The notes: generated from the letters alone by a model not told the origin. Shown: positions 39,435 to 50,956, counted from the first letter of the stretch. The stretch: 64,000 bases of DNA from Verrucomicrobiota bacterium (GCA_038209745.1 JBBQXJ010000002.1:73644-137643); one strand, 5' to 3'. Numbers and translations are program-made.

Positions 39435-40649
39435 GTGACACAATCCCGTTTGGCGCGGCCGGCGCCGTCCGAATTCCGGCGATTCTGGGGGCTCGATCCC
39501 ACGGTCGTTTTCCTGAACCACGGGGCGTTCGGCGCCTGTCCGGTTCCTGTGCTCGAATACCAGCACCGCCTGCGGCTGGAGATGGAGGCGGAACCGCTGC
39601 AGTTCCTCCATCGACGCTACGAGGAGCGATTGGATCCGGCGCGAGCAGAGGTGGCGCGATTCGTCGGAGCTGAGCCGAACGACCTGGTTTTCGTGGCCAA
39701 CGCCACGACGGCGATCAACGCGGTGGTGCGGTCATTGCCGTTTCGTGACGGGGACGAAGTGCTGACGACCAGTCTGGACTACAACGCGTCGCGCAACGTC
39801 CTGCTGGAAGCGGCGGCGATGAAGGGGGCGAAGGTCGTGGTGGCGGAGGTGCCGTTTCCCTTGGCTTCGGCGGATCTAGTGGTCGAGGCGGTTTTGGACA
39901 AGATCACGGATCGGACCCGGCTGGTGATGCTGGACCATGTGACGAGCAACACCGGGATGATCCTGCCGATCGCGCCGATCCTCCGTGAGCTGAACCGACG
40001 CGGCATCGAGTCGCTCGTCGACGGAGCCCATGCACCTGGAATGCTGGACCTCGACGTGACGGCGGTGGGTGCGACCTACTACACGGGCAACCTGCACAAG
40101 TGGGTCTGCGCACCGAAGGGAGCGGCCTTTCTGTGGATTCGGGAAGACCGACAGAAGACGCTCCAACCGGCCGTCATAAGTCATGGGAACAACACGCACC
40201 GGCTGGATCACAGCGCGTTCCAAGATCGGTTCGATTGGCCCGGAACCTTTGATCCGACGGCATGGATGGCGGCAGGGGAAGCGGTGCGCTGGATGGGCGC
40301 GCTTTTGCCGGGCGGATGGGCGGAGATCCGGGAGCGAAACCATCGCCTCGTCGTGGAAGCCCGGCGACGGCTGGTCGAGTTGCTCGAAGTCCCGGCACCC
40401 TGTCCGGAATCGATGCTCGGCTCGTTGGCCACGTTGCCGTTGCCGACCCGATTCGGTGGTCGCCCCAGAACGGGCAAGGTCGACGATGAGCAGGCCCGGC
40501 TCTTCGACGACTATCGGATCGAAGTTCCGTTGATCCGGATGGGAAGTCCGGTGACGCGCTGGCTCCGGGTGGCGGCCCACATCTATAACTCGGGTGCGGA
40601 GTTCGAGTATCTGGGCCAGGTGTTGCGAGAGATGGGAGGCGGTCTTTAA
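39435..40649 (+). CDS. Class V aminotransferase (isopenicillin N epimerase-like)
   Basis: FLNHGAFG, VDGAHAPG, GNLHKWVCAPKG; start approximate (GTG). Confidence 0.88.
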   Translation: MTQSRLARPAPSEFRRFWGLDPTVVFLNHGAFGACPVPVLEYQHRLRLEMEAEPLQFLHRRYEERLDPARAEVARFVGAEPNDLVFVANATTAINAVVRSLPFRDGDEVLTTSLDYNASRNVLLEAAAMKGAKVVVAEVPFPLASADLVVEAVLDKITDRTRLVMLDHVTSNTGMILPIAPILRELNRRGIESLVDGAHAPGMLDLDVTAVGATYYTGNLHKWVCAPKGAAFLWIREDRQKTLQPAVISHGNNTHRLDHSAFQDRFDWPGTFDPTAWMAAGEAVRWMGALLPGGWAEIRERNHRLVVEARRRLVELLEVPAPCPESMLGSLATLPLPTRFGGRPRTGKVDDEQARLFDDYRIEVPLIRMGSPVTRWLRVAAHIYNSGAEFEYLGQVLREMGGGL

Positions 40650-40672
40650 GCTTCGGCCGACCTCAATCCACT

Positions 40673-40876
40673 ATGGAACCGGAAATCTTCACACAGTTCG
40701 GCTTGGATTGGCAAAAGATCGTCGCTCAGTTGATCTGTTGGCTTGCGTTTGGTGCAATGGTTGCCTTGGCGATCCGAGTGACGATTGTTTCGGCGCGAAC
40801 ATTTCGAGGCGGTTTGGCTCCGCTCTGGATTCTGATTTGCTGGATTGTGCCGTTTATTGGCCCGCTTGCGCCGTGA
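40673..40876 (+). CDS. Small membrane protein
   Basis: Two hydrophobic segments; LWILICWIVPFIGPL resembles a PLDc N-terminal-type anchor. Confidence 0.5.
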   Translation: MEPEIFTQFGLDWQKIVAQLICWLAFGAMVALAIRVTIVSARTFRGGLAPLWILICWIVPFIGPLAP

Positions 40877-40904
40877 ATCATCCGGCCCGTAGGCTGCGCC
40901 GACG

Positions 40905-42008
40905 ATGCGACTGCTGGACCGTTACCTTCTGCGAGAACTGCTGCTGCCGTTCTCGTATTGCCTTGGTGGGTTCACGTTACTGTGGCTGGCGGCGGATCTG
41001 TTGAGCCGGTTGGACGACTTCAAGGAGCACGGCAAGACGGTGGCGGAGGTGGCGCTGTATTACTTCTGGGGCTTTCCCGAGGTGTTGAGCCTGATCCTGC
41101 CGATCGCGCTGCTGCTGGCGGCGCTGTATGCGCTGACAAACCATTCCCGGCACAACGAAATCACGGCGATCCGGTCGGCCGGGATCAGCCTGTGGCGGAT
41201 GAGCGCGGCCTACATCGCGGCGGGGATCGGGGCGAGCCTGCTGCTGACGTTTTCCAACGAATGGATCCAACCGAAAGCCGCCCAGAGGCTGCGGGACATG
41301 GAGGACGCCAAATCGAACCAGGGAGGCCTGCATCCGAACCTGGTCTTCAAGAACGCGATCGATGGCCGGGTGTGGAACGCGGAGTCGTTCAACGTCGATA
41401 CGGGGGAGATGACGCGGCCCTTCGTGATCTGGCGGATGCCGAGTGGTGAGCGCCGGGAGATCTTTTCGCAGCGGGCGACCCATGCCGACGATGCGTGGAC
41501 TTTCGACACCGTGCAGGTGGTCATCTACGCGGCGGACGACCCGATCCCGCAGTCCAACATTCGGACCAATCGATTGGTCTTCCCGGGTTGGCGGGAAACG
41601 CCGGAGAGCATCCGGTCCGAGATCAAGATCAGCGGAATGTCGTCGGCCAACGCGGCCAAGGGCGCCCAGTTGAGCCTCCAGGAAATCAGGGACTATCTCG
41701 CGCGCAATCCCGATCTGCCCAAGGGTAAAGTGCAGATCCTCGAGACCCAGTTCCAAGCGCGGTTGTCGGAGCCGTGGCGCTGCCTGGTCGTGATTCTGGT
41801 GGCGGTGCCCTTCGGCGCGGCGGGTGGGCGACGTGGCAAGTTCGTGGGAGTGGCCAGCAGCATCTTCATCGTCTTCGCGTATCTCATCTTCCTCCGGTTG
41901 GGATTGGCGCTGGGCACGGGCGGCTATCTCGCGCCGCTCTGGGCGGCCTGGGTTCCGAACGTCGTGTTCGGTCTGACGGGAGCCATCTTGATCTCGCGGG
42001 CTCGATGA
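40905..42008 (+). CDS. LptF/LptG family LPS export permease
   Basis: MRLLDRYLLRE, HNEITAIRSAGIS, AAWVPNVVF. Confidence 0.92.
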   Translation: MRLLDRYLLRELLLPFSYCLGGFTLLWLAADLLSRLDDFKEHGKTVAEVALYYFWGFPEVLSLILPIALLLAALYALTNHSRHNEITAIRSAGISLWRMSAAYIAAGIGASLLLTFSNEWIQPKAAQRLRDMEDAKSNQGGLHPNLVFKNAIDGRVWNAESFNVDTGEMTRPFVIWRMPSGERREIFSQRATHADDAWTFDTVQVVIYAADDPIPQSNIRTNRLVFPGWRETPESIRSEIKISGMSSANAAKGAQLSLQEIRDYLARNPDLPKGKVQILETQFQARLSEPWRCLVVILVAVPFGAAGGRRGKFVGVASSIFIVFAYLIFLRLGLALGTGGYLAPLWAAWVPNVVFGLTGAILISRAR

Positions 42009-42099
42009 TTTTTTTTGCGGAAGACTGCCTGGGCTTGCGAGACGTTCCACGATTCTGGCGTCGCGGAGAGGAACTCTTTGCCCTGATCATTCTCCGGTC

Positions 42100-43455
42100 T
42101 CAAGGGGCAGCGGGACGTCTGGCATCCAGACAGAGCAGGCGATCTTCGCCCCGGAGATAGAGGCGGCCCCGGGAGAGAATGGGTGCCGGCCAGACCGGGT
42201 GTTTCAATTGGGGAACCTGCCAGCGGGCGATTTCTTTTGGCTCGCTCGGCGAAGGGCGGAAGATGCCGAGAATCCCGCCTTCCCCCAGGGCGAAGAGCTT
42301 GCCGTCGGCCAGCAGCAAGGAGCCGCGACCATAGCGGTCGGGGCGATCTTGTCCGTGGTGCCAGCTTTCGTCGCGGTCCCACATGACCTTGCCGGTTTTC
42401 CATTCCACACAACGTAAGCGAGCGTCCGGTTCATTGCGGCCGCTGAACGAGTAGAGATAACCGTCGAGGTAGACGGGGGTGCTCCAGTGGGCTTCCAAGG
42501 CGGTGCCGGCCCAGACTTCGCCGAAGTCGTTTCCGCCGGCCTTCACGTGCAGGAGGACTGATCCGATCTTGTAGTAGGCGGCGGTGATGAGGACATCGTC
42601 TCCGACGACGACGGGATTCGCGGCGTTGACGGAGTCGTCGACCTTGGCGCGGAACCAACGGCTGAAGCGGACCTTGCCGGTGAGGGGATCGAGGGCGACC
42701 AGCCCTTGGCGCATGAGGCAGAAGGCGGTGCGTTGTCCGGCGACATCCGCGACGACCGGTGCCGCGTAGCTGGCCTGCTTCTCGTAGTCGCGCCAAGCGA
42801 CGGTGCGTTCACCGGGCCAGCCGAGCATGGGCTGGCCCTGCCAGTTGGAGGCGCCGACGCTTTCCCAGACGGTTTTGCCGGTATCAGCGGCGAAGGCGAC
42901 GACGCCAGAATTGGGCTGGCCACCGACCATGACGATCAGCAGATCGCCCTCCAGCACCGGGGTGCTGCCGACACCGAAGAAGGCTTCGGGAACGTGGAAG
43001 TCTTTGGAGGTGTCGCGTTGCCAGACGGGTTGGCCGGTCACGAGGTCTAGGCTGGTCAACCGTCCTTCGGCGCCGAACGTATAGACGCGATTCGACGAGA
43101 GAACGGGCGAGCATCGGGGCCCGTTGTTGTAGCCGTAGGGATCGCGGAAGGCCGTCTTGTCCGTGTGTTTCCAAAGGGTTTTGCCGGTATCGGCCGTGAC
43201 GGCTTCGGTGATCTCCTCGTCGCCGAGGCGGTGGAAGACGACGAGCGTGTTGCCCAAAACGGAGGGCGCGCTGTAGCCGGTGCCGATGGGCTTCTCCCAA
43301 AGCGAGGGCAGCCCGTTGGTGGGGATCCGGTCGACGAGATTCGTTTCGGGCGAGGTGCCGTCGGCATTGGGACCGCGGAAGCGGGGCCAGTCGGCCGCCC
43401 CCAGCGGGTGGACGGCGAGGGAGAGAAGAAGGAGGACCGTGGGGATCGGGCGCAT
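42100..43455 (-). CDS. PQQ-like beta-propeller protein (secreted)
   Basis: ADWPRFRGP, repeated TGK..W motifs; signal peptide. Confidence 0.9.
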   Translation of the reverse strand: MRPIPTVLLLLSLAVHPLGAADWPRFRGPNADGTSPETNLVDRIPTNGLPSLWEKPIGTGYSAPSVLGNTLVVFHRLGDEEITEAVTADTGKTLWKHTDKTAFRDPYGYNNGPRCSPVLSSNRVYTFGAEGRLTSLDLVTGQPVWQRDTSKDFHVPEAFFGVGSTPVLEGDLLIVMVGGQPNSGVVAFAADTGKTVWESVGASNWQGQPMLGWPGERTVAWRDYEKQASYAAPVVADVAGQRTAFCLMRQGLVALDPLTGKVRFSRWFRAKVDDSVNAANPVVVGDDVLITAAYYKIGSVLLHVKAGGNDFGEVWAGTALEAHWSTPVYLDGYLYSFSGRNEPDARLRCVEWKTGKVMWDRDESWHHGQDRPDRYGRGSLLLADGKLFALGEGGILGIFRPSPSEPKEIARWQVPQLKHPVWPAPILSRGRLYLRGEDRLLCLDARRPAAP

Positions 43456-43457
43456 GC

Positions 43458-44749
43458 TCACAGCCGGAGGAAAATCTTCCGGTTGTAGAGAAAGCGCAAG
43501 AACCAGAACGTCAGCCCGAGACTGACGATCGTCGTTATAAGATCGCCGAAGCCTTTCGTGACTGAGGTTTCGAAGAAGTGTCGGACATCGCCGCCGACGA
43601 GCCGGGCCGCGAGCTTCCCGAAACCCCCGAGCATGTTGCTCACGAGGTAGATGGTGATGGGGTTGCAGCCGTACCAGACGAACGGCCGGCACCATCCGCG
43701 CCATTGCTTCACGTCGATCACCCAGTAGAACGCGGCGAGGAGCAGGGAACTGTAGCCGCCCGCCACAAGGACGAAGGAAGAGGACCAGATCTTCTTGATG
43801 ACGGGAAACTGGAGATGCCAGAGCCAGCCCAGCGTCAAAGAAGCCAACCCTCCGACCACGAGCCAGAGCACCTTCTTGTCGGCAGAGACCGACCCGTTGC
43901 GCAGAACCATTCCAGCGAAGATTCCCATGAGGCAGGTGCCGATCGCGGGGAGGGTGCTGAGGAGGCCTTCGGGATCCCAGAGGTTGTCCCATTTTTGCCG
44001 GGCAGGTATTGGAAATCGAGGTGGTTGGCGAGGTTGTAGCCGGGTTCGAACTTTCCGGAGACGGTTGCGCTGGTGGCGTTGAACTCCTCATGCGCGAAGG
44101 CGACGATCTCGCTGTCCTTGAAGGTGGAGGGGTTGCGACCGGACCGCATTTCCTTGGCCAAAGCAGGCTTCCCGGCGGCCTCGGCCCGGGTGGCGAGGGA
44201 TTCCAGATCAAGGCGGATGTCGCGGATAGGAATGAAGGTCATCAACGCCCAGTAGGCGACGAGGATCGCGGCGAACGCGGCGACCAGACCGCGCGGTTTC
44301 AGGAAGAGGAAAAGCATCGATCCGCCGAGGTAGCAGAGCGTGATGCGGTTCAGCACGCCGAGGAGGCGGATGTCCGGCCACAGGCTGCTGACGCCGCCGG
44401 AGTAGAAGAGTGCGACGATGAACAGCAGGACGAAGCGGCGGAGGACCCGGCCGGTCGCGGCAGGACGGCCGCCCTTTTCGAGCTCTTTGGCGAAGGAGAA
44501 GACGAGCGAAACGCCCGTGATGAAAACGAACAGGGGGAAGATCAGATCATAGAAACGGAACCCGTCCCAGTCGACGTGTTCGAGCTGGTTCGCGACCATT
44601 TTGAGCGGTCCGAAGCCGGTCAGCCGGTTCAACGCCAGGACCAAGGATCCACCACCGATGATGCAGAGCATGTCGAAGCCACGGAGGGCATCGAGGGACA
44701 TGAGGCGTTGAGGAACGCCCGGAGCGGAGGATGGGGTCGCGGCGAGCAT
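43458..44749 (-). pseudogene. Heparan-alpha-glucosaminide N-acetyltransferase-like membrane acyltransferase, split by a 1-bp frameshift
   Basis: RLMSLDALRGFDM, DLIFPLF, GVLNRI in one frame; WDPEGLLST, PVIKKIWSSSF in another; break at an A5 run (43992-43996). Confidence 0.85.
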
Positions 44750-44974
44750 GGCGCAGCATGGTTGGGGGCGATCAAAGCGGGCAAGATACCGCGAGTCCCC
44801 CTGTTTCGGGCGGGACGGTGCGCCTCGCGTCGATCATCGGAACGCACAGGGAAATATGGATGAGGAGTCTCCCTGAAAATTTGCGGGGAATGAATCCAGC
44901 TTTGGCGTTGCTTTGGCGAGTTGGGCTGTGATTCCTTGTCAGGCCTACACACCCAAAAACTCTTAGAACACGTT

Positions 44975-46678
44975 GTGGCAGCAAAAGACGATTACCTGAT
45001 CGAATTCCTCGTAGAGATGGGAGTGGTGGACGAAGCGCAGGTGGCGCCCGCCCAGGACCAGGCGGCCAATACCGGCGAGGGGGTGTTGGATACGCTGGTC
45101 GCACAGGGGGTGTTGACCAAGGAAGCGATCGCCGGCGCGAAAGCCGCCCACTTCGGGGCCGAGCTGGTGATGCTGGCCCACCTGCAGTTGCCGGACGACG
45201 TCATCGCGATCATTCCTCGGCATATCGCCAAACGCTACCGGGCGATCCCGGTACGGAAGGATGGAAACACCACCTTCATCGCGGTTAGCGACCCTTCGGA
45301 CATCGACGTCGCGGACGCACTGGCGCAACTCGTTCGCGGGGAGATCGGCTGGTGTGTCACCACCGAGGAGGACATCGATGCGGCGCTGACCAAGTATTAC
45401 GGCGGGGCCGACGATTCGGTCGGCCAGATGATCCAGGACATCACGATCGCGGATTTGGGAGCCGACAAGAAGGCGGCGAAGAAAAAGAAGGCGGCGGCGG
45501 GAGTGGACACTGACGGACCGCTGATCAAGCTGGTGGACAGCTTGATCGGGGAAGCATTCAAGATGCGCGCCTCGGACATCCATTTGGAGCCTCTTGAGAA
45601 GACTTTCCGCGTTCGGTATCGGATCGACGGCGTGCTCCACGAAGTCCCGGGTCCGCCCAAACAGCTACAGGCCTCGGTCATCAGCCGCATCAAGATCCAG
45701 TCGAACATGTCCATCGCCGAAAGGCGGGTCCCGCAAGATGGACGCATCCAGACAAAGGTCGGCGACAAGGTGATCGACCTTCGCGTCTCCTGTCTTCCCA
45801 CGGCGCACGGCGAGAGCATCGTCATGCGTATTCTCGACAAGGAAGGGCTGAAACTCGGACTGCCCGAGCTCGGCTTCTTCTCGGATGACCAGCAGACCTT
45901 CGAGCGGCTGATCGGGTTGCCCGACGGCATCATCCTCGTGACCGGGCCGACCGGATCCGGCAAGACGACCACGCTGTATTCCTGTCTCAACTTCATCAAT
46001 CGGCCGGACCGCAAGATCATCACGGTCGAGGATCCTGTGGAATACGTCCTAGCCGGCATCAACCAGGTGCAGGTGAGCGAGATCGTCGGACTGACATTCT
46101 CGCTCGCACTCCGCTCGATGCTTCGCCAGGCGCCCAACATCATCATGCTGGGAGAGATCCGCGACATGGAGACGGCGACCATCGCGATCAACGCGGCGCT
46201 GACCGGCCACTTGGTCTTCTCCACCCTCCACACGAACGACGCGCCCGGAGCGGTGACCCGTTTGATCGACATCGGCGTGAAGCCCTTCTTGGTAGCGTCC
46301 GCCACTCGGGCACTGATGGCCCAGCGTCTCGTTCGCAAGATCTGCAAGAAATGCGGAGAAGCATCGATGCCCACCGAGGCCGAGCTGCATTCACTGGAAA
46401 TAACGTCCGAAATGGCGGCCAAAGCGACGTTCCGAAAGGGGCGGGGGTGTCCCGCCTGCTCGAACGGGTACCGAGGCCGCATGGGTATCTTCGAAGTCTT
46501 CGTGGTGGACGACGAAGCTCGTAAACTCATTTACCAACAGGTTCCGACCTCGACGTTGCGGGCCCGGGCCCGGGAAATGGGAATGCGAACCCTCCGTGAA
46601 GACGGGACCCGCAAAGTCTTGGCCGGGCAAACAACGGCCGACGAGGTCATACGCGCCACCGCCACAGACGCCGATTGA
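44975..46678 (+). CDS. pilB: Type IV pilus/T2SS assembly ATPase (PilB/GspE)
   Basis: N-terminal domain, [29 protein letters not shown], Cys4 motif; GTG start. Confidence 0.93.
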   Translation: MAAKDDYLIEFLVEMGVVDEAQVAPAQDQAANTGEGVLDTLVAQGVLTKEAIAGAKAAHFGAELVMLAHLQLPDDVIAIIPRHIAKRYRAIPVRKDGNTTFIAVSDPSDIDVADALAQLVRGEIGWCVTTEEDIDAALTKYYGGADDSVGQMIQDITIADLGADKKAAKKKKAAAGVDTDGPLIKLVDSLIGEAFKMRASDIHLEPLEKTFRVRYRIDGVLHEVPGPPKQLQASVISRIKIQSNMSIAERRVPQDGRIQTKVGDKVIDLRVSCLPTAHGESIVMRILDKEGLKLGLPELGFFSDDQQTFERLIGLPDGIILVTGPTGSGKTTTLYSCLNFINRPDRKIITVEDPVEYVLAGINQVQVSEIVGLTFSLALRSMLRQAPNIIMLGEIRDMETATIAINAALTGHLVFSTLHTNDAPGAVTRLIDIGVKPFLVASATRALMAQRLVRKICKKCGEASMPTEAELHSLEITSEMAAKATFRKGRGCPACSNGYRGRMGIFEVFVVDDEARKLIYQQVPTSTLRARAREMGMRTLREDGTRKVLAGQTTADEVIRATATDAD

Positions 46679-46719
46679 TCCGAGACCGAGTCCAGAACCA
46701 AACTTTATCTCTCTGACCT

Positions 46720-47835
46720 ATGTCGTATTCGATGTCCGATCTTCTGCAGTTGGTGGTTTCCGAAGGGGCTGCAGACCTTCACATTCGGGTGAACGTACCC
46801 CCGGTGATCCGATTGCATGGCATTCTGGTGCGGGTAAGCGGCCCGTCGTTGAACCAGGAAGACACCGAGGAGTTGATGCGCAGCATCACCTCCGAAGACC
46901 ACATTCAGAACGTTCGCGAGCGGGGAGGCGCCGACTTCGGCTTCGCCTTCGGCGATATGGCGCGCTTCCGCGTCAGCGTGTTCAAGGAAAGGGGCAACTT
47001 TGGGATGGTACTCCGCCAGATCCCGAACAAGCTCCTCACTCTGGACCAGATCGGTCTTCCACCCGAGACGGTCCACATGCTGATCAACAAGCCGCGCGGA
47101 CTTGTCCTCGTCACCGGTCCGACCGGCTCGGGCAAGACGACGACGCTGGCCTCGATGATCAATCTGATCAATGAAACCAGGGATGACGCGCATATCATCA
47201 CCATCGAGGACCCGATCGAGTATTATCACACGCACAAGAAGGCGATCATAACCCAGCGTGAGGTCAACGTCGATGTCCCAAGCTTTGCCGAAGCTCTGCG
47301 CCGCGCTCTGCGTCAGGATCCCGACGTGGTTCTGGTCGGCGAGTTGCGCGATCTCGAGACCATGGAAGCCGCCGTGACCGCTGCCGAAACGGGCCACTTG
47401 GTGTTTGGGACGCTGCACACGACCGGCGCGGCCAAGACGATCGATCGTATCGTCAACGCCTTTCCGATGAACCAGCAGGAGACGATCCGGATCCAGCTGT
47501 CGACCGTTCTTCAGGCGGTGATTTCCCAGCTCCTGCTTCCCCGGGCCGACAAACCAGGACGGATCGCAGCCTATGAAATCATGATCAACACGCCCTCCGT
47601 TGCGGCATTGATCCGCGACAACAAGACCTTCCGCATCAATTCGGACATTCAGACGGGTGCAAAATACGGGATGGTGACCCTGGACGGGTATCTCGCCGAA
47701 AAATACATGCAGGGCGTGATTTCCCGGGAAGAGGCGATCAACAAATCGCAGGATGCAACAACGATGACGCAGAAGCTCCAGGAGCACGAAGCCGCCTTGG
47801 CCGTCCAAGCCGCCCGCGCGCTCAAAAAATCCTGA
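46720..47835 (+). CDS. pilT: Type IV pilus retraction ATPase
   Basis: [41 protein letters not shown]. Confidence 0.96.
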   Translation: MSYSMSDLLQLVVSEGAADLHIRVNVPPVIRLHGILVRVSGPSLNQEDTEELMRSITSEDHIQNVRERGGADFGFAFGDMARFRVSVFKERGNFGMVLRQIPNKLLTLDQIGLPPETVHMLINKPRGLVLVTGPTGSGKTTTLASMINLINETRDDAHIITIEDPIEYYHTHKKAIITQREVNVDVPSFAEALRRALRQDPDVVLVGELRDLETMEAAVTAAETGHLVFGTLHTTGAAKTIDRIVNAFPMNQQETIRIQLSTVLQAVISQLLLPRADKPGRIAAYEIMINTPSVAALIRDNKTFRINSDIQTGAKYGMVTLDGYLAEKYMQGVISREEAINKSQDATTMTQKLQEHEAALAVQAARALKKS

Positions 47836-47844
47836 TTGGAACCC

Positions 47845-49548
47845 ATGTCCGACATCTACTCCGATCCATTGGTGGAACAGGTCCGCGCGCGCGGTTACCT
47901 CGACGACATGCAGCTCGAAGAGGTCGTGCAGGAATGCGGCCGGACCGGGAAGCCCGTCGGACAGGTGTTGGCCGACTTTGGCCTCGTCGATCTTCCAACC
48001 CAGCTCCAGATCATCGCGGAAAGCTTCGGCACGGAAGTGGTCGACTTGGACCAGATCGAACTGACGCCGGAGCTTCTGGCTCTGGTTCCCGCCTCCACCG
48101 CTCGGATGCATCAGGTCGTGCCCGTCGGCGACTATGGCACCACCATCCAGCTTGCGATGGCGAATCCGATGAATCCGTCGCTTATCGACGAGCTCAACTT
48201 TCTCCTCAAGCGCGATGTCGTCATCGCCGTGGCCGATCCCGCCCAGATCGAACGGGTGATCAACGAGCGCTACGGCCCGGAAACCGAGTCGGTCAGCGAC
48301 GCCATCCATGAGATGGAAGGCAGTTCCAGCATCGCCAAGGAATTGGCCCAAGTGAGCGCAGGTGGACTTGATGCCTTGGACGACTTGGCGAACGAGACCC
48401 CGATCATCAAATTCGTCAATCTCGTCCTGATGCAGGCGGTCAACGACCGCGCGAGCGACATTCACTTCGAGCCGTTCGAGGACGAGTTCAAGATCCGTTA
48501 TCGGGTCGACGGAGCTCTTTATGAGATGGCGCCGCCACCTCGCGAACTGGCTCTTCCAGTGATTTCCCGCCTGAAGGTCATGTCGAATCTGAACATCACG
48601 GAGCGGCGCCTTCCCCAGGACGGTCGAATCACGATTCATCTCGGTGGCAAACAGATCGACCTTCGCGTTTCCACGCTTCCGACCCAGTTCGGAGAGTCGG
48701 TGGTGCTTCGGGTATTGGATCGGTCGGCCGTGAATTTGGATCTGGCTACTCTTGGATTGCCAAAACAGGTCTACGAATACACCTGCTCGGCCGTGGAGGA
48801 ACCCAACGGCATCTTCGTCGTTACCGGGCCGACCGGTTCTGGCAAAACCACCACGCTGTATTCCTGTCTTCGAAAGGTGAATTCGCCGGACATCAAGGTG
48901 TTGACCGCGGAGGACCCCGTGGAGTTTGACATTGAAGGCATCATGCAGGTCGCGGTGAACGAGGCAGTCGGCATGACCTTTGGGAAGGCGCTCAAATCCT
49001 TCCTTCGACAGGATCCCGATGTGATCATGATCGGAGAGATTCGCGATGTGGAAACGGCGCAGATCGCCATCCAAGCGTCGCTCACGGGTCACTTGGTCTT
49101 GAGCACCCTTCACACCAATGACGCGCCCGGTGCCGTTACCCGCTTGATCGACATGGGAGTCGAGCCGTTCCTCATTTCGTCGTCATTGATGGCCGTTTTG
49201 GCCCAACGGCTTGTTCGAACCGTTTGCAAAAAGTGCCGGACGCCGTTCGAGCCGACCGAGAATCAACTCTCGCTGTTGAACCTGTCACCGCACGACATCG
49301 GCGACAAAATGTTCTACTACGGCCGGGGTTGTAGCGCGTGCAACGACACCGGATACAAGGGGCGGAAGGGAATCTACGAGTTGCTGGTTGTCACCGAAGC
49401 CATCAGAAACCTCATCAACGAGAGGGCGCCGACCATGGTCGTCCGCAACAAAGCGATCGAACTCGGAATGGTGACCCTCAGGGAAGACGGCTTGCGGGGC
49501 ATCTTCGAGGGTGATACTACTATTGAAGAAGTGGTCAAATACACTTAA
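47845..49548 (+). CDS. pilB: Second PilB/GspE ATPase
   Basis: [33 protein letters not shown]. Confidence 0.94.
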   Translation: MSDIYSDPLVEQVRARGYLDDMQLEEVVQECGRTGKPVGQVLADFGLVDLPTQLQIIAESFGTEVVDLDQIELTPELLALVPASTARMHQVVPVGDYGTTIQLAMANPMNPSLIDELNFLLKRDVVIAVADPAQIERVINERYGPETESVSDAIHEMEGSSSIAKELAQVSAGGLDALDDLANETPIIKFVNLVLMQAVNDRASDIHFEPFEDEFKIRYRVDGALYEMAPPPRELALPVISRLKVMSNLNITERRLPQDGRITIHLGGKQIDLRVSTLPTQFGESVVLRVLDRSAVNLDLATLGLPKQVYEYTCSAVEEPNGIFVVTGPTGSGKTTTLYSCLRKVNSPDIKVLTAEDPVEFDIEGIMQVAVNEAVGMTFGKALKSFLRQDPDVIMIGEIRDVETAQIAIQASLTGHLVLSTLHTNDAPGAVTRLIDMGVEPFLISSSLMAVLAQRLVRTVCKKCRTPFEPTENQLSLLNLSPHDIGDKMFYYGRGCSACNDTGYKGRKGIYELLVVTEAIRNLINERAPTMVVRNKAIELGMVTLREDGLRGIFEGDTTIEEVVKYT

Positions 49549-49561
49549 TCTAGGGAGATCT

Positions 49562-50866
49562 ATGCCCAAGTTCAGCTATGTAGCGATGGATTCGCGCGGG
49601 AAGGAAACCAAGGGCACCCTTGACGTTGCGAACCAAAACGAGGCGATCACGCGCATCAAAGAGATGGGCTACTTCCCGACCAAGGTCGTGGAAGACAAAG
49701 CCAAGGCCGGGGTCAAGAAAGTCTCGCCTTCCGGCAAGAAGGGCGGCAAGGGCAAGGGGATCGGCGTCGGATCGTTTGAGATTCGGATTCCGGGCCTGGG
49801 AGGACGGGTCAAGCCGAAGGTTCTCACGGTGTTCACCCGCCAGCTGGCAACCTTGGTCGAAGCGGGTCTTCCACTGCTTCGCGGTATGCGCGTTCTCCAG
49901 AAACAGGAACGAAATCCGACTCTGAAGCGCATTATCGGAGAGCTTTCCAACGCGATCGAAGGCGGCAGCACCTTCTCCGAGGGGTTGGCCCAACATCCAA
50001 AAGTGTTCAATCGCCTTTACGTCAACATGGTCAAGGCCGGCGAGCTGGGTGGCGTTTTGGAAGTCGTGCTCAAGCGTCTTTCGGAATTCATGGAAAAAGC
50101 CGAGAAGATCAAGGGCAAGGTGGTTGCCGCCATGTTTTATCCGATGGCGGTGCTCTTTGTGGCGGTGGTCATAATGGGTATCTTGATGGTCGTCGTCGTT
50201 CCGAAATTCAAGGAGATCTTTGCTGGCATGCTCAACGGCCAAGCCCTCCCAGATTTCACTCTGCTCGTTCTCGCCATCAGCGACACGATCAAGAACCACT
50301 TCTTGGCTACCCTTGGAGGCATCGTCGTGTTTGTCATCATCCTCAAGCTCCTCATCAGCACCAAGAAGGGTCGACGCATCTTCGACAAGTTCAAATTGAT
50401 GATGCCCGTGCTAGGACCAGTGATCAGCAAGGTGGCAATATCCCGTTTCACCCGGACCTTGGGCACCTTGGTCAGCAGTGGCGTTCCCATTCTCCAAGCG
50501 TTGACCATTGTCCGTGAAACTTCCGGCAACATGGTCGTTGCGGACGCCGTTCAAGCGGTGCATGAGAGTGTAAAGGAAGGTGAGACGATCACGGCGCCTC
50601 TGGAGGCGTCGAAAGTGTTTCCTCCCATGGTCATCAGCATGGTGGACGTAGGTGAGCAAACCGGCGCGCTGCCGGAGATGCTGATGAAGATCGCCGACAA
50701 CTTCGACGAAGAGGTCGACAATGCAGTGGCCGCAATGACCTCGCTTCTTGAGCCGATCATGATCGTTTTCTTGGCCATCATTGTCGGAAGCATCGTCATC
50801 GCGCTCTTCTTGCCTCTGATCAAGCTCATGGATTCTCTTGGAAGCGACGGCGGCGGGGGAGCGTAG
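49562..50866 (+). CDS. pilC: Type IV pilus platform protein
   Basis: FTRQLATL..AG, MVKAGELGG, FTRTLGTL, VGEQTG, LEPIMI. Confidence 0.95.
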   Translation: MPKFSYVAMDSRGKETKGTLDVANQNEAITRIKEMGYFPTKVVEDKAKAGVKKVSPSGKKGGKGKGIGVGSFEIRIPGLGGRVKPKVLTVFTRQLATLVEAGLPLLRGMRVLQKQERNPTLKRIIGELSNAIEGGSTFSEGLAQHPKVFNRLYVNMVKAGELGGVLEVVLKRLSEFMEKAEKIKGKVVAAMFYPMAVLFVAVVIMGILMVVVVPKFKEIFAGMLNGQALPDFTLLVLAISDTIKNHFLATLGGIVVFVIILKLLISTKKGRRIFDKFKLMMPVLGPVISKVAISRFTRTLGTLVSSGVPILQALTIVRETSGNMVVADAVQAVHESVKEGETITAPLEASKVFPPMVISMVDVGEQTGALPEMLMKIADNFDEEVDNAVAAMTSLLEPIMIVFLAIIVGSIVIALFLPLIKLMDSLGSDGGGGA

Positions 50867-50892
50867 CCTCTCTTGAATCGGGTTCATTCCGT

Positions 50893-50936
50893 TTGACACG
50901 CGTGTCTGCTTGGTGGATACATTGCGTATACCAAGC
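50893..50936 (+). promoter_or_regulatory. Putative internal promoter/operator
   Basis: TTGACA overlapping the palindrome GACACGCGTGTC, then inverted repeat gcttggt..atac-attgc-gtat-accaagc. Confidence 0.55.
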
Positions 50937-50956
50937 CCAAGCAAATGCGTTGAATC

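Noticed and set aside
37192..40649. Long N-terminal extensions making 685-aa and 879-aa overlapping ORFs
   Set aside because: The extensions overlap real genes in other frames; true starts are about 38164 and 39435.
46705..49113. 802-aa minus-strand ORF (also 25136-27223 and 21495-23180)
   Set aside because: Antisense shadows of well-supported genes, common in GC-rich DNA.
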